Positions 20,337 through 31,357 of a DNA stretch of 64,000 bases are shown piece after piece. The translations under genes were made by a program, and so were the position numbers. Every line of letters starts with the position of its first letter. Position 1 is the first letter of the stretch. Location: the IMG/VR virus record IMGVR_UViG_3300022916_000894, one strand, 5' to 3'. The stretch is from a virus. Taxonomy: Duplodnaviria; Heunggongvirae; Uroviricota; Caudoviricetes. Under the pieces are notes generated by a model. The model saw only the letters and a list, made by a program, of their open reading frames with translations, did not search any database and was not told where the DNA came from.

Positions 20337-20409
20337 GGACACAGATGGGAATCGAACCCATATCCTCCACATTGCAAGTGTAGTGCTTTCCCAATTAAGC
20401 TACTGGCCC
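20337..20409 (-). tRNA. tRNA-Ala(UGC)-like gene, or a tRNA-derived fragment
   Basis: The reverse complement folds as D-arm GCTT/AAGC, anticodon arm CTACA-CTTGCAA-TGTGG (anticodon TGC), and T-arm ATGGG-TTCGATT-CCCAT. The acceptor stem has mismatches at pairs 3-70 and 4-69. No CCA is encoded. Confidence 0.55.
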
Positions 20410-20452
20410 ATTTGCCTCTAATGTATTATAGCGTAGAAGTTTTGTTTTTAAA

Positions 20453-20866
20453 TTAAATTGCTCCTAAATCTCGTTCCCAAGGAAACTGAATCCAATCATC
20501 ATTGTATATTTCTTCAACATAGTAATCTGGTTTATACACAGAATTGTAACGATAAAACAACGAAGCCGTTTTAAATGAATTGCTGTATTTCACAATCGTA
20601 TCACCAGAATCAACGATATCATCGAGTATCAATATGTTATCATGCTTTTGATCTGGCGGAATGCTCGGAATTGACATAATGAAAATCGTATCTTTTAATA
20701 TGTAATTTAAGTCCAACGCAATGTGAATACCGCCACGAGGAATTCCATATAATTGTATGCCGGTGGGTAGTTTTTCTAGTTTATGAGATAACTGATACAA
20801 CATACTATCATATTGTTTCCATGTTACATAATGGATATCTTGATTGTCATTTCTCTCTTTAGCCAT
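20453..20866 (-). CDS. Small type-I phosphoribosyltransferase
   Basis: PRPP-binding motif ILILDDIVDSGDT. Confidence 0.6.
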   Translation of the reverse strand: MAKERNDNQDIHYVTWKQYDSMLYQLSHKLEKLPTGIQLYGIPRGGIHIALDLNYILKDTIFIMSIPSIPPDQKHDNILILDDIVDSGDTIVKYSNSFKTASLFYRYNSVYKPDYYVEEIYNDDWIQFPWERDLGAI

Positions 20867-20869
20867 TGT

Positions 20870-21184
20870 TTATTCTGTTTTTGCTTCAACGATTTTCAAC
20901 TTGAATGTTTCTGCTACGCCATCTGCCGTCTTTGACATCATTTGCTTGGAAGAGTATGCTTCGCTGTCGGCAAGGATATTACCATTTTCATGCATTAAAC
21001 GCCAACGCCATCCATCTTTACTTTCCCATGTTTCGATATAGTATTCTTCATTCATTTCATTTTCTCCATTTCCAAATGCTTCTAACGTTTTTCCTGTACA
21101 AGAGCAACTATTTTTTTTGCCCAAAACAACCAACGCGACTAGTGCAACTATAAGAATAATTGCAATTGCTATTGTTTCACCCAT
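20870..21184 (-). CDS. YegP/DUF1508-like domain protein with an N-terminal transmembrane helix
   Basis: WRWRLMHENGNILADSEAYSSKQMMSKTADGV matches the YegP repeat pattern. Confidence 0.45.
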   Translation of the reverse strand: MGETIAIAIILIVALVALVVLGKKNSCSCTGKTLEAFGNGENEMNEEYYIETWESKDGWRWRLMHENGNILADSEAYSSKQMMSKTADGVAETFKLKIVEAKTE

Positions 21185-21498
21185 TTACTTTTCTCCTCGT
21201 AAATACTGTTTGTAAAGTGTTATAACCATATTTTTCATAAAAAATTTAATTTCTTGTGGAAAATACAATGTATCCTCAATGACATCTAGAGCATGTTTTC
21301 TCAATAATACAGACACTAATGCTCTAGTATGATTATCGTCAATATTCTGTATACTCTTCATGTCATATGTATATCTCTGAAAAATAGAAGACACCTTTCT
21401 TCTCATTTTTTTATCGTTAAGTTTGTTTAATATTTTTATTAACTCATTGGCGGCTGGTGAATCGCCTAATAATGATCCTGGAACCATTGTATTACTCC

Positions 21499-22614
21499 TT
21501 ATCTCAACTTGATCTTATAGTCTTTGTAAATCTCTGGCATTGGCCTAGTCACATAATCAATATCTTTCAGCCTCTCTACATCAGAAGAAAGTATTAATGA
21601 GCCATGCCCTTTTAGATTTACTCTAAAGAAATCCAAACCCCAATCCTTAAACACGAAGATAATTTCACCTGTTTCTTCTACTGCACCACAAGGAATTACC
21701 CACTCCGTAAATGGAGCATCTTTGATATATACATGAGAATGCAACATATAATTGATATTCTCATAATAGTCATATAGACGTAATTGCGTTGGCGTATCAA
21801 TTGAAGGCTTATGATCCCCATAATATTCCACTGTGTCTAATGACAATGGATTTACAGCTACAAATCCTTCTGTTCCTATGTGTCTTTTGTCAATGTTTCT
21901 CTTGGATACAAAGATCAAGTCTTTATGGCGAAAAGACGGAAAACCAGCTTCACACCTAAATGATATATTCCCCAAGAATCTATCTTGATCAATAGCATGT
22001 ACTAACTCATGAAATCTATCTGCATATTGTTTGGCAAGTTTAAAGAACTCTTTTTTGTCAGGCACTTCAATTGCATCGCCAAGTCTTGCACTCGGAATAC
22101 GAGTAAATCCTGTTAATTCATCCACTCTATCAAACAGCGTCTTAGCCAAAATGTCTATGTCAGTCGTTTTGCTGACAAATACATTCCCAAGAGGATCAAG
22201 TACAGTTCCCTCAAAAAGACCATTATCATTCTTTGTGAATTCCAATAGCAAGTTACTTTTTACTCTAAGCATTTTGCCAATCAGATACAATGCAGGATAT
22301 TCATCACCAAGATTGTTTTTAGAAGTAATTAGAATGCATTTTTGATGTTTCTTTTTAAGCGAAAGAATTAATTTTTGGTTATCGTTAGGAATATCTGGGA
22401 ACCAAAAAATCACATCATACTGAGTCACTGTCTCGAAAATGTCGAGAAGGTCTTGCCAAGAGCCTCCGTTTGTCATTGTTACATCATCATCTGTATCAAT
22501 ATTTTTACGAAGAGATCGAAAGAGTTTTCCCATATATGAGGAAGAAGTTCTTCCGTCGTCGAATCCAAATCGGCCACCTACTAGCAAATAATTCATTAAG
22601 TCTCCTTGGTCCAA
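21499..22614 (-). CDS. Hypothetical protein
   Basis: ORF only. Confidence 0.3.
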   Translation of the reverse strand: MDQGDLMNYLLVGGRFGFDDGRTSSSYMGKLFRSLRKNIDTDDDVTMTNGGSWQDLLDIFETVTQYDVIFWFPDIPNDNQKLILSLKKKHQKCILITSKNNLGDEYPALYLIGKMLRVKSNLLLEFTKNDNGLFEGTVLDPLGNVFVSKTTDIDILAKTLFDRVDELTGFTRIPSARLGDAIEVPDKKEFFKLAKQYADRFHELVHAIDQDRFLGNISFRCEAGFPSFRHKDLIFVSKRNIDKRHIGTEGFVAVNPLSLDTVEYYGDHKPSIDTPTQLRLYDYYENINYMLHSHVYIKDAPFTEWVIPCGAVEETGEIIFVFKDWGLDFFRVNLKGHGSLILSSDVERLKDIDYVTRPMPEIYKDYKIKLR

Positions 22615-23198
22615 ACTGCTTCTTTTTTCTCGAATATCCCTTCGCCTTTTTTCGTATCCATATACGCTTGAACTTCCTCAAACGACCACGGCTTATAGTT
22701 GTGACCATCCACACCGACATCAAGCATTTTCGCCTCTGGCATACGATTTTCAATCCATTCATTTACGTTGCAATGACAATGCCCAAAAAGGTTCCAAGAA
22801 CCGCGATGGGAATGGTCCCATCTTAGCATAGGATAATGATTTAGAACAATATACTGACCTTCTACTTGAATTAAAACTTGATCAAATGTCTTTGCTACGC
22901 ACGGATGAATATTCGCATATTTGTCATGATTGCCCATCACATAATATATGTTTTTGCAATTTATTTTGTCAATTGTTTTTTGTACTGAATCATGATGCTT
23001 AAAGAATCCCAAATCTCCCAAAATCCACAAAGTTGCATTAGAATATACAACGGCATTAATATTATCAATGATATCCGTATTCATTCGTTCAATAGACTCT
23101 CTAGACATGCGCAGTTGTCTCTTCGCTTGTTCATCGCCTGTTTCGAGGATGTTCTTTTCACGGTCATCCATGTATTTAGTCCTTAGACAATACTTCAT
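22596..23198 (-). CDS. Calcineurin-like metallophosphoesterase
   Basis: Motifs GDLG, GNHD and GHCH are present. Confidence 0.6.
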   Translation of the reverse strand: MKYCLRTKYMDDREKNILETGDEQAKRQLRMSRESIERMNTDIIDNINAVVYSNATLWILGDLGFFKHHDSVQKTIDKINCKNIYYVMGNHDKYANIHPCVAKTFDQVLIQVEGQYIVLNHYPMLRWDHSHRGSWNLFGHCHCNVNEWIENRMPEAKMLDVGVDGHNYKPWSFEEVQAYMDTKKGEGIFEKKEAVWTKET

Positions 23199-23228
23199 AA
23201 TATTGCCGTGATCAAAATGTAGTTATGG

Positions 23229-23261
23229 GTCCGCAGTGAAAAAAGTGTTCTCACTGCGGAC
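23229..23261. terminator. Hairpin gtccgcagtga-(11 nt)-tcactgcggac with a T-rich tail
   Basis: Read from the sequence; it is intergenic. Confidence 0.35.
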
Positions 23262-23394
23262 ATTGATTCCTTTATTCATTATTTACATCTCCTTTTTGAT
23301 ATTATTCCTCTGTATCATCGCATAAACACCAGAATATGACATTCCAGTAATTTCAGATATTGTTTTTATATCAATTCCTTTTTTAAACAATTTT

Positions 23395-23649
23395 CTAATC
23401 TTCATCTTCAAAATCTTCATCTTCTTCCAACTCGTCGTCATCATCGAAACATCTTCCAAAATCATCTTCTTCTAGCCAATAGCCATCATCGATGTATTCA
23501 TCATCCAAATCATCCTCTTCTTCCCAATCTTCTTCCCAATCGTCATCGATTGAAAAATTGTCTTGATCTTCGGGGTATATTTCGTGATCTTGTTGTGAGT
23601 GTCTTTTACGTTTAGGATTCATAGTGTATTCCTCCCATTTAAAAACCAA
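23395..23649 (-). CDS. Highly acidic small protein (D/E-rich C-terminal two-thirds), a DNA-mimic candidate
   Basis: The composition, for example EEDWEEDWEEEDDLDDEYIDDGYW. Confidence 0.4.
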   Translation of the reverse strand: MVFKWEEYTMNPKRKRHSQQDHEIYPEDQDNFSIDDDWEEDWEEEDDLDDEYIDDGYWLEEDDFGRCFDDDDELEEDEDFEDED

Positions 23650-25434
23650 AAATAAGAAAACCTAAGTAAAGCAAGAAAACAAGTACAGCAGGCATTTTTA
23701 ATCTACGTATTAGCAAGCTACTAAACCTAATACATATTAGCATAATGATAAACGCCACTACAGTAGAGATCATCATATCTGCCATCTTAGTATCAGCGAC
23801 CTGTTCGTAACTCAAAATCTCAGGCCACCAATTAAAAAAGAATGCAAATGTGCAGATGAAAACAGTGCCAGCATAAAATCCTGTTTGTGGGTCACCGGCT
23901 TGAATATAACCAAAAAATGCGAAAAATGAAACCAGTCCTATGATTGCCACCAAAACGGGGATTCCAAATAGGAAAACGATATCGATCATCTTGCCAATAA
24001 AATCTAACATCTTTTATCTCCTTGCACTACATTATAGTCAGGAGACATACTTGTACGTCTTAGAAAATATATTTTTATCGATGATCCATACATCATCAGG
24101 ATTATCAATATCTTGTAAAATGTAATCGCCCTTTTTGCCTTTTAAATTTCCCCAAGACGCTTTTACCGTAAACTCTTCCCTGTCATTGACTTGTACGGCT
24201 CTTACCTTATTTTCTTCTTTCTTCGGATTATAGATTCTCCATTTAACATCTTTAACAACATCTTTCCAAAGAAAATTAGATTTGGTATATTTATCTTCTA
24301 GGCGTTTTTCTTCTTGAACCCACAGTTCTCCTTCAATACCCATACAAATCATTGACCCTTTTTTAGCCTTGACTTTTCCTTCTTTGGTATTAACTGTCCC
24401 ATCTTCTTCGATGACACCCTTCTCTTTAGCTTGTTCAAAGGAAATCGCTTTTAAACTAGCAGATTTGGTTGCCTCAAACCATCCTGATAGACTGTCTAAC
24501 AGTTTCTTGTTTTCTGATTCGCCTAATTTGAAAATAGGTTTATAGGTCATTATATTCCCAATTTCTTTCTTAATTTTTTCTCGTCCTCTACCAAGGGAAT
24601 TGATTTCTCTAATTCAAATAACCCTTGTTTTTTGATGATTTCTCTTTCTTTTTTGCCCAATGGGCCTGATGATATAAATTTCACTGCATATCTTGTTTGC
24701 ATACCAGAGCCAGTTCTAGTCATTTTAAGTTCTAATCCATTATTCCAATCACCAGCCGTTACTCCTTTAAGTTGTTCAGCGTCTTTTAACTCTCGATATG
24801 CTGTTTGAGGCAATTCTAATATTTTTAGTTTTTTTACTATTTTCAAACCAGAAGAATTAAAATGGCCAGAAGCATTAGAATAGTTATCTTTTACATTTTG
24901 AACAATAGCATTAACAAAATATCTTTTTGTGGTTTTAACAACTTTAGATTGAATCTCTTTAGATAGACCTGAAAATTTATTAATATCTTTTACAATAACT
25001 CCAACCCATCTGCCTGTTATTGGATTATCACACGAAACCCTATTCACTTCAAGTGGATTACCAACAGGTCTAAATACTATCGATTGATCACTACGTAATG
25101 ATGCTAAATTTTTAGTAAAATCTTTAATAGTCATCATCGTACTATTCTTTTTCATTCCCTTGATATCTGCTTCGCTTAAATCTTTGAAGAATCGTTCATT
25201 CTTTTCTTTAATTTCTTCAATTGAAAATTGAAAATCGACAACATTAGAAAGATATTCATTTAGAACCATATATTGTAAGTCGCCATCAATTGTTTCTGCT
25301 ATTTTTTCGTCTAGAATTTTTTGTAGACATTGAAAACTTTCTAACATATTTTCCGAACTGCTTTGCACTCGTTGAATATAATAGGCAAGTTCTGCTCCGG
25401 CTTTAATATTCTTTTGTTCTAATTTATCATCCAT

Positions 25435-26055
25435 CTATTTTTTATATCCCACTTCTTTCGGTAAAGTTTCTGTCTTTTGAGCAGCACAGAAATCTGCCAT
25501 ATGAACGATATGAGCGACATGGTACGCTAATGGCAATGGAATATTGTCAGGACGATATTCATTCGGCCTTGTCCATACGCCCATATGACTTTGGACAGCG
25601 TAAATGATTAATGATTGTACTTTGTTTGCTTTTTTCTTGAGAACTATATCGAAAATACGATGCCCCAAAGAAACGCCATGAGTCTGTGTAATGCGATAAC
25701 CGCTCTTTTTCTTGTCGTCTAGGCTGTCCCCATTTTTCTTCATATCATGGAGAATTAATGCTGCGATAACAGCATCTTTATTCGTAGTGTCTTTTTCCCC
25801 ATTATCGCTATCAAATGCACAAAGTAGCTTTTCAGCCCACCAGATTGCCGCCTTTACATGCCTTACAAGCCCACCTTTTCCATTAGAATGATCTGGATGA
25901 TAACGTCCACTGGTGGACGCTGGGACAGTCCAAAAATAATCTGGGCACAATTCCTCAAAACATTTAACTACAAAATCCCTTATCTTCTGGTCTTTAATCA
26001 ATGATAATTCTTTTGCGAAAACTTTTTCGCACTTCTTGCCGTAATCTTTACTCAT
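25435..26055 (-). CDS. HD-domain metal-dependent phosphohydrolase
   Basis: H...HD motifs (RYHPDH, LILHDMKK). Confidence 0.5.
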   Translation of the reverse strand: MSKDYGKKCEKVFAKELSLIKDQKIRDFVVKCFEELCPDYFWTVPASTSGRYHPDHSNGKGGLVRHVKAAIWWAEKLLCAFDSDNGEKDTTNKDAVIAALILHDMKKNGDSLDDKKKSGYRITQTHGVSLGHRIFDIVLKKKANKVQSLIIYAVQSHMGVWTRPNEYRPDNIPLPLAYHVAHIVHMADFCAAQKTETLPKEVGYKK

Positions 26056-26620
26056 TTTTTTCCTCTATCAAATCAATACGACTAATTCCAGAGTCGTTAA
26101 TAACTACTATTCCTGTCTCCTGTATTATCTTCCAACCGGTAATTAACCAGTTTTTGGAAGGACGAATTGGCTTGTGTGGATTATAAAATATATAATGATC
26201 ATTAGAACATTTTTCTTCGACTTTACAATCTTCACAAATAAAATAGATATCGTAGTATCTTTCACCGCCTATTTTTTGACTTAAACATTTGGCAGTATTT
26301 CTCGTATCTTTATCAAAAAAATGCCTTTTTACATCCCCTCCACATTCGGAACATGTATATACATAACTCTCAAAGCATGAGGGAATCCCTGCGATAACAT
26401 GGTTGTTACTGTCCACATGCCAAACATTATATCCTTTTAGTTTTTCTTCGCCTTTCCACTCCATAGTCCAACTTTTATGGCATTCTATACAAAGACAACC
26501 ATCCCAATGATGATTGATATCTAATTTGCCAGAATATCCAACCAATGTCATAGGGCCAGTTTGTACTTCGACATGAGGACTTCCGCAAAATGGACAAACG
26601 GGCTTATCTTTATTTGGTCT

Positions 26621-28639
26621 TTAGCCATTAATTATCTCCGCTAGATCATCTTCATCAATAACTTCGATTCCTAACTTCTCTGCTTTTTGAGTTTTTGTAC
26701 TTGTGCTGTTCTTGTCTGCTTGCACAAGATAATCAATATTTTTACTAACACTCTTATGGATTTCTCCACCAGCGTTCTCGATATCAGCGTGAATCAATGC
26801 TTTCTTGCGGCTAAAACTGCCAGTCAAAACAAACGACTTGCCAGACAGAACGCCGTCTTGCTTTTGTTTAGTCTCTGTAATTGTGATCACTGTTACTAGG
26901 TCATCAATCAAGTTGCTATTCGCATCAATCGCCTTTTGGATATTAACAGCGATATTCGGAACACCAACCTTGTCAGCGACTTTAACCAACTGACCAGAAC
27001 GCCACTCATCAAGCGTCTGAGGGGCTACGTCGTTATCCATTACAATCTTAGCCCTTCGTTGTCCAAGACCCTTGATTCCAAGCATTCCCAAAAAGACATC
27101 CAAAGTCATTTTCTTTTTCTTATTGACTTCATCAATCATTTTATCAGTTCTACTTTCACCCCATACACCATTTCCTACTTCTAGCTTAGAAATTTCAGTA
27201 CGATGGTTTTCGATTCTAAACATATCAGCAATTGTTTTAATAATGCCAGCTTCATACATTCCAACGATAATACTCTCACCGATTTCGAGAATTTCCAGCC
27301 TCTTAACCATTCTCTTGAACTTACCGACAGCTTGAGCATCACAATCAGTATTTGTACAGCGAATAACTGCTCCCAAATCGCCAGTGACATTTGTATCTCT
27401 TCCGACAGGACCGCCGCATTCAGGGCACTCTGTCGGAGCAGGAATGACTGTGCGGTTTTTGGGTCTATCTATAACTGATACCAATTTAGGAATGATATCA
27501 CCACCCTTGACGATTTTTACCTTATCGCCAATGGCTACGTCCATCATATTGATGAAATCCCAGTTATTCAGCGTGGCTCTTTTAACTGTGGTTCCACCGA
27601 TTTGTACTGGTTCTATCCACGCCACAGGCGTAATTGCACCAGTATGTCCCACGCCCAATTCAACGTCTTTAATGTATGTAATCGCCCCAGGTGGGGGGAA
27701 CTTCAAAGCAGTAGACCACTTAGGACGACCACTGCTAATCCCCAATTTCTCTTGGGTTGCGACACTATTCAATTTCATTACAATGCCATCAATCCATACA
27801 TGGTAATCATGCAATCTTACTGCACAATTCGTTCGCCCTTTGGCTATTTTTTGATAGAATTCGATAGCCTCATCAACATTCTTACAAATCTTATACCATG
27901 TAACTTCAATTCCTATATGTCTAAGGAATTTCATCTTTTCATGTTCTGTTTTGAATTCTTTCTTCTCACAAACCACATCAAATGCAATAAATCTTAGTTT
28001 GTCAGAGTCTTTTCCATCTTCTCTGCTCATAATGCCTGTTCCTAAGTTGCGAGGATTCAAGGCTTTAGGATCGATTGCTTTCCAATTTTCAGTAGAAAGA
28101 ATGCACTCACCGCGAATGTCCAAACGTTCTTTCATACTAATGGTTGCAGGGATACCGATGAAATTCTTGGCATTAGAAGTGATATTGCGACCTACGACAC
28201 CATTGCCGCGAGTCACAGCCTTTGCGAGTTTACCATCTTCATACACGACATTCAACGATGCTCCATCCAGCTTATATGTCGCCAAAACAGATTCATTTTC
28301 GAGATTATGAAGTCTGTCCCAATCTCTGAATTCATCTTCATTGGCACACTTGCTTTGACTTCCCATAGGAACTTGGTGCTTTTCCTTGGAGAATTTAACG
28401 GAATCATCAGAACCGTCATCTGCTCCAACTTCGTCAAAGACCTTAGAATCTGGTGCTAATTCACGCAATTCATCTTCAAGGGCATCGTATTCGGAGTCCT
28501 CCATAATAGGATTGCCATTATAATAAGGTTTCCTTGCTGCGAAAATGAGTTTTTCAAGCTCTTTGATTCTATCTGCTTGAGAATCTTCTGCTACAGCGAC
28601 TGCATCATCAAACATATCTTCCATCATTAGCCCTTTCAA
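26621..28639 (-). CDS. ligA: NAD-dependent DNA ligase (LigA)
   Basis: The adenylation motif KLDG appears in ATYKLDGASLNV. A CPECGG zinc finger is present. A C-terminal BRCT-like region is present. 672 aa. Confidence 0.85.
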   Translation of the reverse strand: MKGLMMEDMFDDAVAVAEDSQADRIKELEKLIFAARKPYYNGNPIMEDSEYDALEDELRELAPDSKVFDEVGADDGSDDSVKFSKEKHQVPMGSQSKCANEDEFRDWDRLHNLENESVLATYKLDGASLNVVYEDGKLAKAVTRGNGVVGRNITSNAKNFIGIPATISMKERLDIRGECILSTENWKAIDPKALNPRNLGTGIMSREDGKDSDKLRFIAFDVVCEKKEFKTEHEKMKFLRHIGIEVTWYKICKNVDEAIEFYQKIAKGRTNCAVRLHDYHVWIDGIVMKLNSVATQEKLGISSGRPKWSTALKFPPPGAITYIKDVELGVGHTGAITPVAWIEPVQIGGTTVKRATLNNWDFINMMDVAIGDKVKIVKGGDIIPKLVSVIDRPKNRTVIPAPTECPECGGPVGRDTNVTGDLGAVIRCTNTDCDAQAVGKFKRMVKRLEILEIGESIIVGMYEAGIIKTIADMFRIENHRTEISKLEVGNGVWGESRTDKMIDEVNKKKKMTLDVFLGMLGIKGLGQRRAKIVMDNDVAPQTLDEWRSGQLVKVADKVGVPNIAVNIQKAIDANSNLIDDLVTVITITETKQKQDGVLSGKSFVLTGSFSRKKALIHADIENAGGEIHKSVSKNIDYLVQADKNSTSTKTQKAEKLGIEVIDEDDLAEIING

Positions 28640-29054
28640 TGTCTTGGTTTATAGGCCAAGAAAAGTTTTGAATCGATCCCACCAGGTGATGTCTTGGAGG
28701 GGAGGTACGTCATATCCCATATCTCTGAGATATTGGTCATTTCCAGCTATTTGCATTCTACGAATGAATTTAATTCTTTCTTTTTCATTCTTACGAGCAT
28801 CGTTTGCCATCTCTTCGATCAGTTCTCTTTCTATTTTCCCTTGGAACATAGGCATAGAACCATTCTGTTCTGCTTGTTTTTTACACATATACCCATAGAA
28901 CATTCCGCTACCATCTGGAAGTCTACCTTCTCTGGGGGTATATCGCAAAGGTGCATTTTGAGTGTTTTGTCTTTCTTCATTATCCATTTTATTCTTCCTT
29001 CACTTAATTATAGGTAGGTCAAGACAGTTTTGCATTATCTAATTTTTGAAAAAA

Positions 29055-30443
29055 TTAATAACCGGTGCCAGTATTTCTCATATCATATAAACTCTTATTA
29101 ACTTCTTCACTGCCCTGCTGACTGAATAAACCTTGATTGCCTAGATCATACGGATCACCAGTCCCTCTGCCAGTATTCCTGTTTCCGCCCATTCCGGCCC
29201 TTGCTGCATTAGGCCAACTCTTATGACGTATCGGGATGCCCAGATGGTCTAATATGGCTTCTGCGTTATTGCCATATCTATTAATCAAACGAGCTATTCC
29301 ATCTCTAAATGCTTCATTTGCGGCGTGATGTTGTGCTGGTGGCAAATCTTTGGGATATTTTTGACTTTGATTTTCTTCTGTATATTGCGCCCAATCTTCT
29401 GGAACTGTAAGTATTTGTAATATTTCCTTACCTTGTCCTCCGTATTTTTGTAAAAATGAAGCCGCTCTCTGACGAGTCACGTAAAATGTTCGTTTACCAT
29501 ATGCGTCTTGAGGATTCAAAGGACGCTGTTGCTGTTGACCATATCCGCCAATAGGAGTTTGTCCTTGCGGTCCTTGTCCTTGCCCTTGCGGTCTTTGTCC
29601 TTGCGGCATACCGCCTCTTTCTTGTTGAGCCGCTGCATATCCTTGTTGCATTCTTGTATTTTGTAGTTGTTTAATACCGTCAATAACTATATTAAATAAA
29701 TCGTCTGGTGTCTGGGCAGTTCTGCCTAATGATTGTATTTCTTGAATAGTTTCTACAACACCATGACTCAAAAGGAAATTGAATTGATCTTGATCATAAG
29801 AAGAAACAGACGCTTCTCTTGCAAAAAATTGTAATGATTCATTTAGGCTTCCAACAAAATTCTGGAATAATTCCTGAATCTTTTGAGGGTCATCTTGGTT
29901 TGAATGCATTTCCTGAGCAACACCCTGTCCTGCTAATTCCATTTTTTCTACTCTTTTTATATTTCTAAGATATTTTTCTCTACGAATTGGCTTATTTAAA
30001 GGAGAAAGTAAACTGTCTTTTAATCCCCTTCCAACACCCATCATTGTATCTTTTACCTTATCCCATCGTTCACCGCTAGTTTTAACAATTGGTAATAAAT
30101 TTTCTTTCTTAGCATATTTAAGTAAACCATATAAAGCACTACTATAAGCCCATGCTAATTTTAAATCTTTAGAATCCTTAATGGTGCTAGACAGTTTCTC
30201 TAAAGATAGAAATGCACTGATAACATCTTCTGCGTGTTTAACAGTGAGTTTGTCTTGAGTGCCAATACTGGCTATTTTAGTCCATTTTGTGGTAGAACGA
30301 TAGCTTAAAACAAGGTTTGCGTTTATTTTGTCTACAAAATTAGCCTCTTTAACTTGATGGTGTTTATCAAAGTAATTGGCTATTTTTGATATATTTTTGA
30401 TTATGGATTTCATAAAAATAGTCCTCTCTACATACAATTCCAC
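29055..30443 (-). CDS. Hypothetical protein with a Q/G-rich low-complexity linker
   Basis: ORF only. Confidence 0.3.
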   Translation of the reverse strand: MELYVERTIFMKSIIKNISKIANYFDKHHQVKEANFVDKINANLVLSYRSTTKWTKIASIGTQDKLTVKHAEDVISAFLSLEKLSSTIKDSKDLKLAWAYSSALYGLLKYAKKENLLPIVKTSGERWDKVKDTMMGVGRGLKDSLLSPLNKPIRREKYLRNIKRVEKMELAGQGVAQEMHSNQDDPQKIQELFQNFVGSLNESLQFFAREASVSSYDQDQFNFLLSHGVVETIQEIQSLGRTAQTPDDLFNIVIDGIKQLQNTRMQQGYAAAQQERGGMPQGQRPQGQGQGPQGQTPIGGYGQQQQRPLNPQDAYGKRTFYVTRQRAASFLQKYGGQGKEILQILTVPEDWAQYTEENQSQKYPKDLPPAQHHAANEAFRDGIARLINRYGNNAEAILDHLGIPIRHKSWPNAARAGMGGNRNTGRGTGDPYDLGNQGLFSQQGSEEVNKSLYDMRNTGTGY

Positions 30444-30448
30444 TATTT

Positions 30449-30901
30449 TTATTCGGAATCCTTCTCTGATTCATAATTTTTCGACAATATCCAGAATGGA
30501 ATGACCTCAACATTTTTATGTTCATAAGATAAAACTTTTTCCATTTTCTTCCCGGCTTCCTCGTTCATTGTATGAATGACAATAGGAGTATCAATATGAA
30601 GCTTTTCTTCATGCATCACTTTTACCACATCAATTCCATCGCCATTGGGTCCACGGGTGTATGCTCCACCTAAGTCGTGATCTAGAAAGATTTTATCATA
30701 CTTATTAAGACACAATTTTGCGATAGCCCTAATTGGTCCGTGGGCGTAATCCACATTTCTCGCTCCAAAAGTGTTTAAAAACCACCCAATTCGCCAATGG
30801 TCGTCATCTAGTACAAATATTTTCATTACTCTTCCTCCATTGTGTCCCAGTACACTTGGCTTAATAGCCATTTTATTAATATAGGATTGCGAGATTCGCA
30901 T
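30449..30901 (-). CDS. Receiver-like (Rossmann-like) domain protein with LDDD...DHDLGG motifs
   Basis: It shares its motifs with the ORF at 62015..62368. Confidence 0.4.
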   Translation of the reverse strand: MRISQSYINKMAIKPSVLGHNGGRVMKIFVLDDDHWRIGWFLNTFGARNVDYAHGPIRAIAKLCLNKYDKIFLDHDLGGAYTRGPNGDGIDVVKVMHEEKLHIDTPIVIHTMNEEAGKKMEKVLSYEHKNVEVIPFWILSKNYESEKDSE

Positions 30902-31357
30902 TCGTCAGAAATTTTCTTCATAAAATTAGATGCCTCTGTCGCTAAACAATCAGCTTCTTTTTCCCATCCAATGATATAAGAATCTTTTTCGACACTTTCA
31001 AATGTCACCCGTATCAATTCGTTAATTTGCTCTGCTCGTATTGATATGGGTTGAGCCTTTAATATGGACTCTAAACGTAATTTCAAATAGTTATCAAAAG
31101 TATTGATTTTTAAATTCAATTCTTTTTGATAGTGTTCACATTCCAATAGATGGTGTTGGCCGACAAACGGAGGAGGCCAATCCAAATTTACTTTCATAAT
31201 TTCAAAAGCATAAATTAGGTTGCTCAGAACATTCAGTAATTTGAAATATCCTTTTTGGTCGTCATTCGTTTGTTCCAATTCTCTATAAGAGCGCACTAAT
31301 TCCAGTGAGGCTTTATGAATGTCCAGCCCAGTAAAACAAGACCCAAATGTCTTTTCT

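Noticed and set aside
20337-20409. tRNA-like region as a bona fide attP core
   Set aside because: No integrase or recombinase gene lies within the window, and the 5' half of the tRNA is also present. Retained as a tRNA-like feature with a caveat instead
21499-22614. 371-aa ORF as a class II aldolase or ATP-grasp enzyme
   Set aside because: Only weak His-containing motifs were seen. Not enough to name a family
26687-28310. Chain of plus-strand ORFs (26687..28310) overlapping ligA
   Set aside because: All lie antisense to the LigA gene, which has strong motif support. Shadow frames
29520-29640. Short ccttg(t/c)cc nucleotide repeats as a possible third CRISPR-like array
   Set aside because: They lie inside a coding region and encode a Gln/Gly/Pro-rich low-complexity linker. 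There is no spacer periodicity
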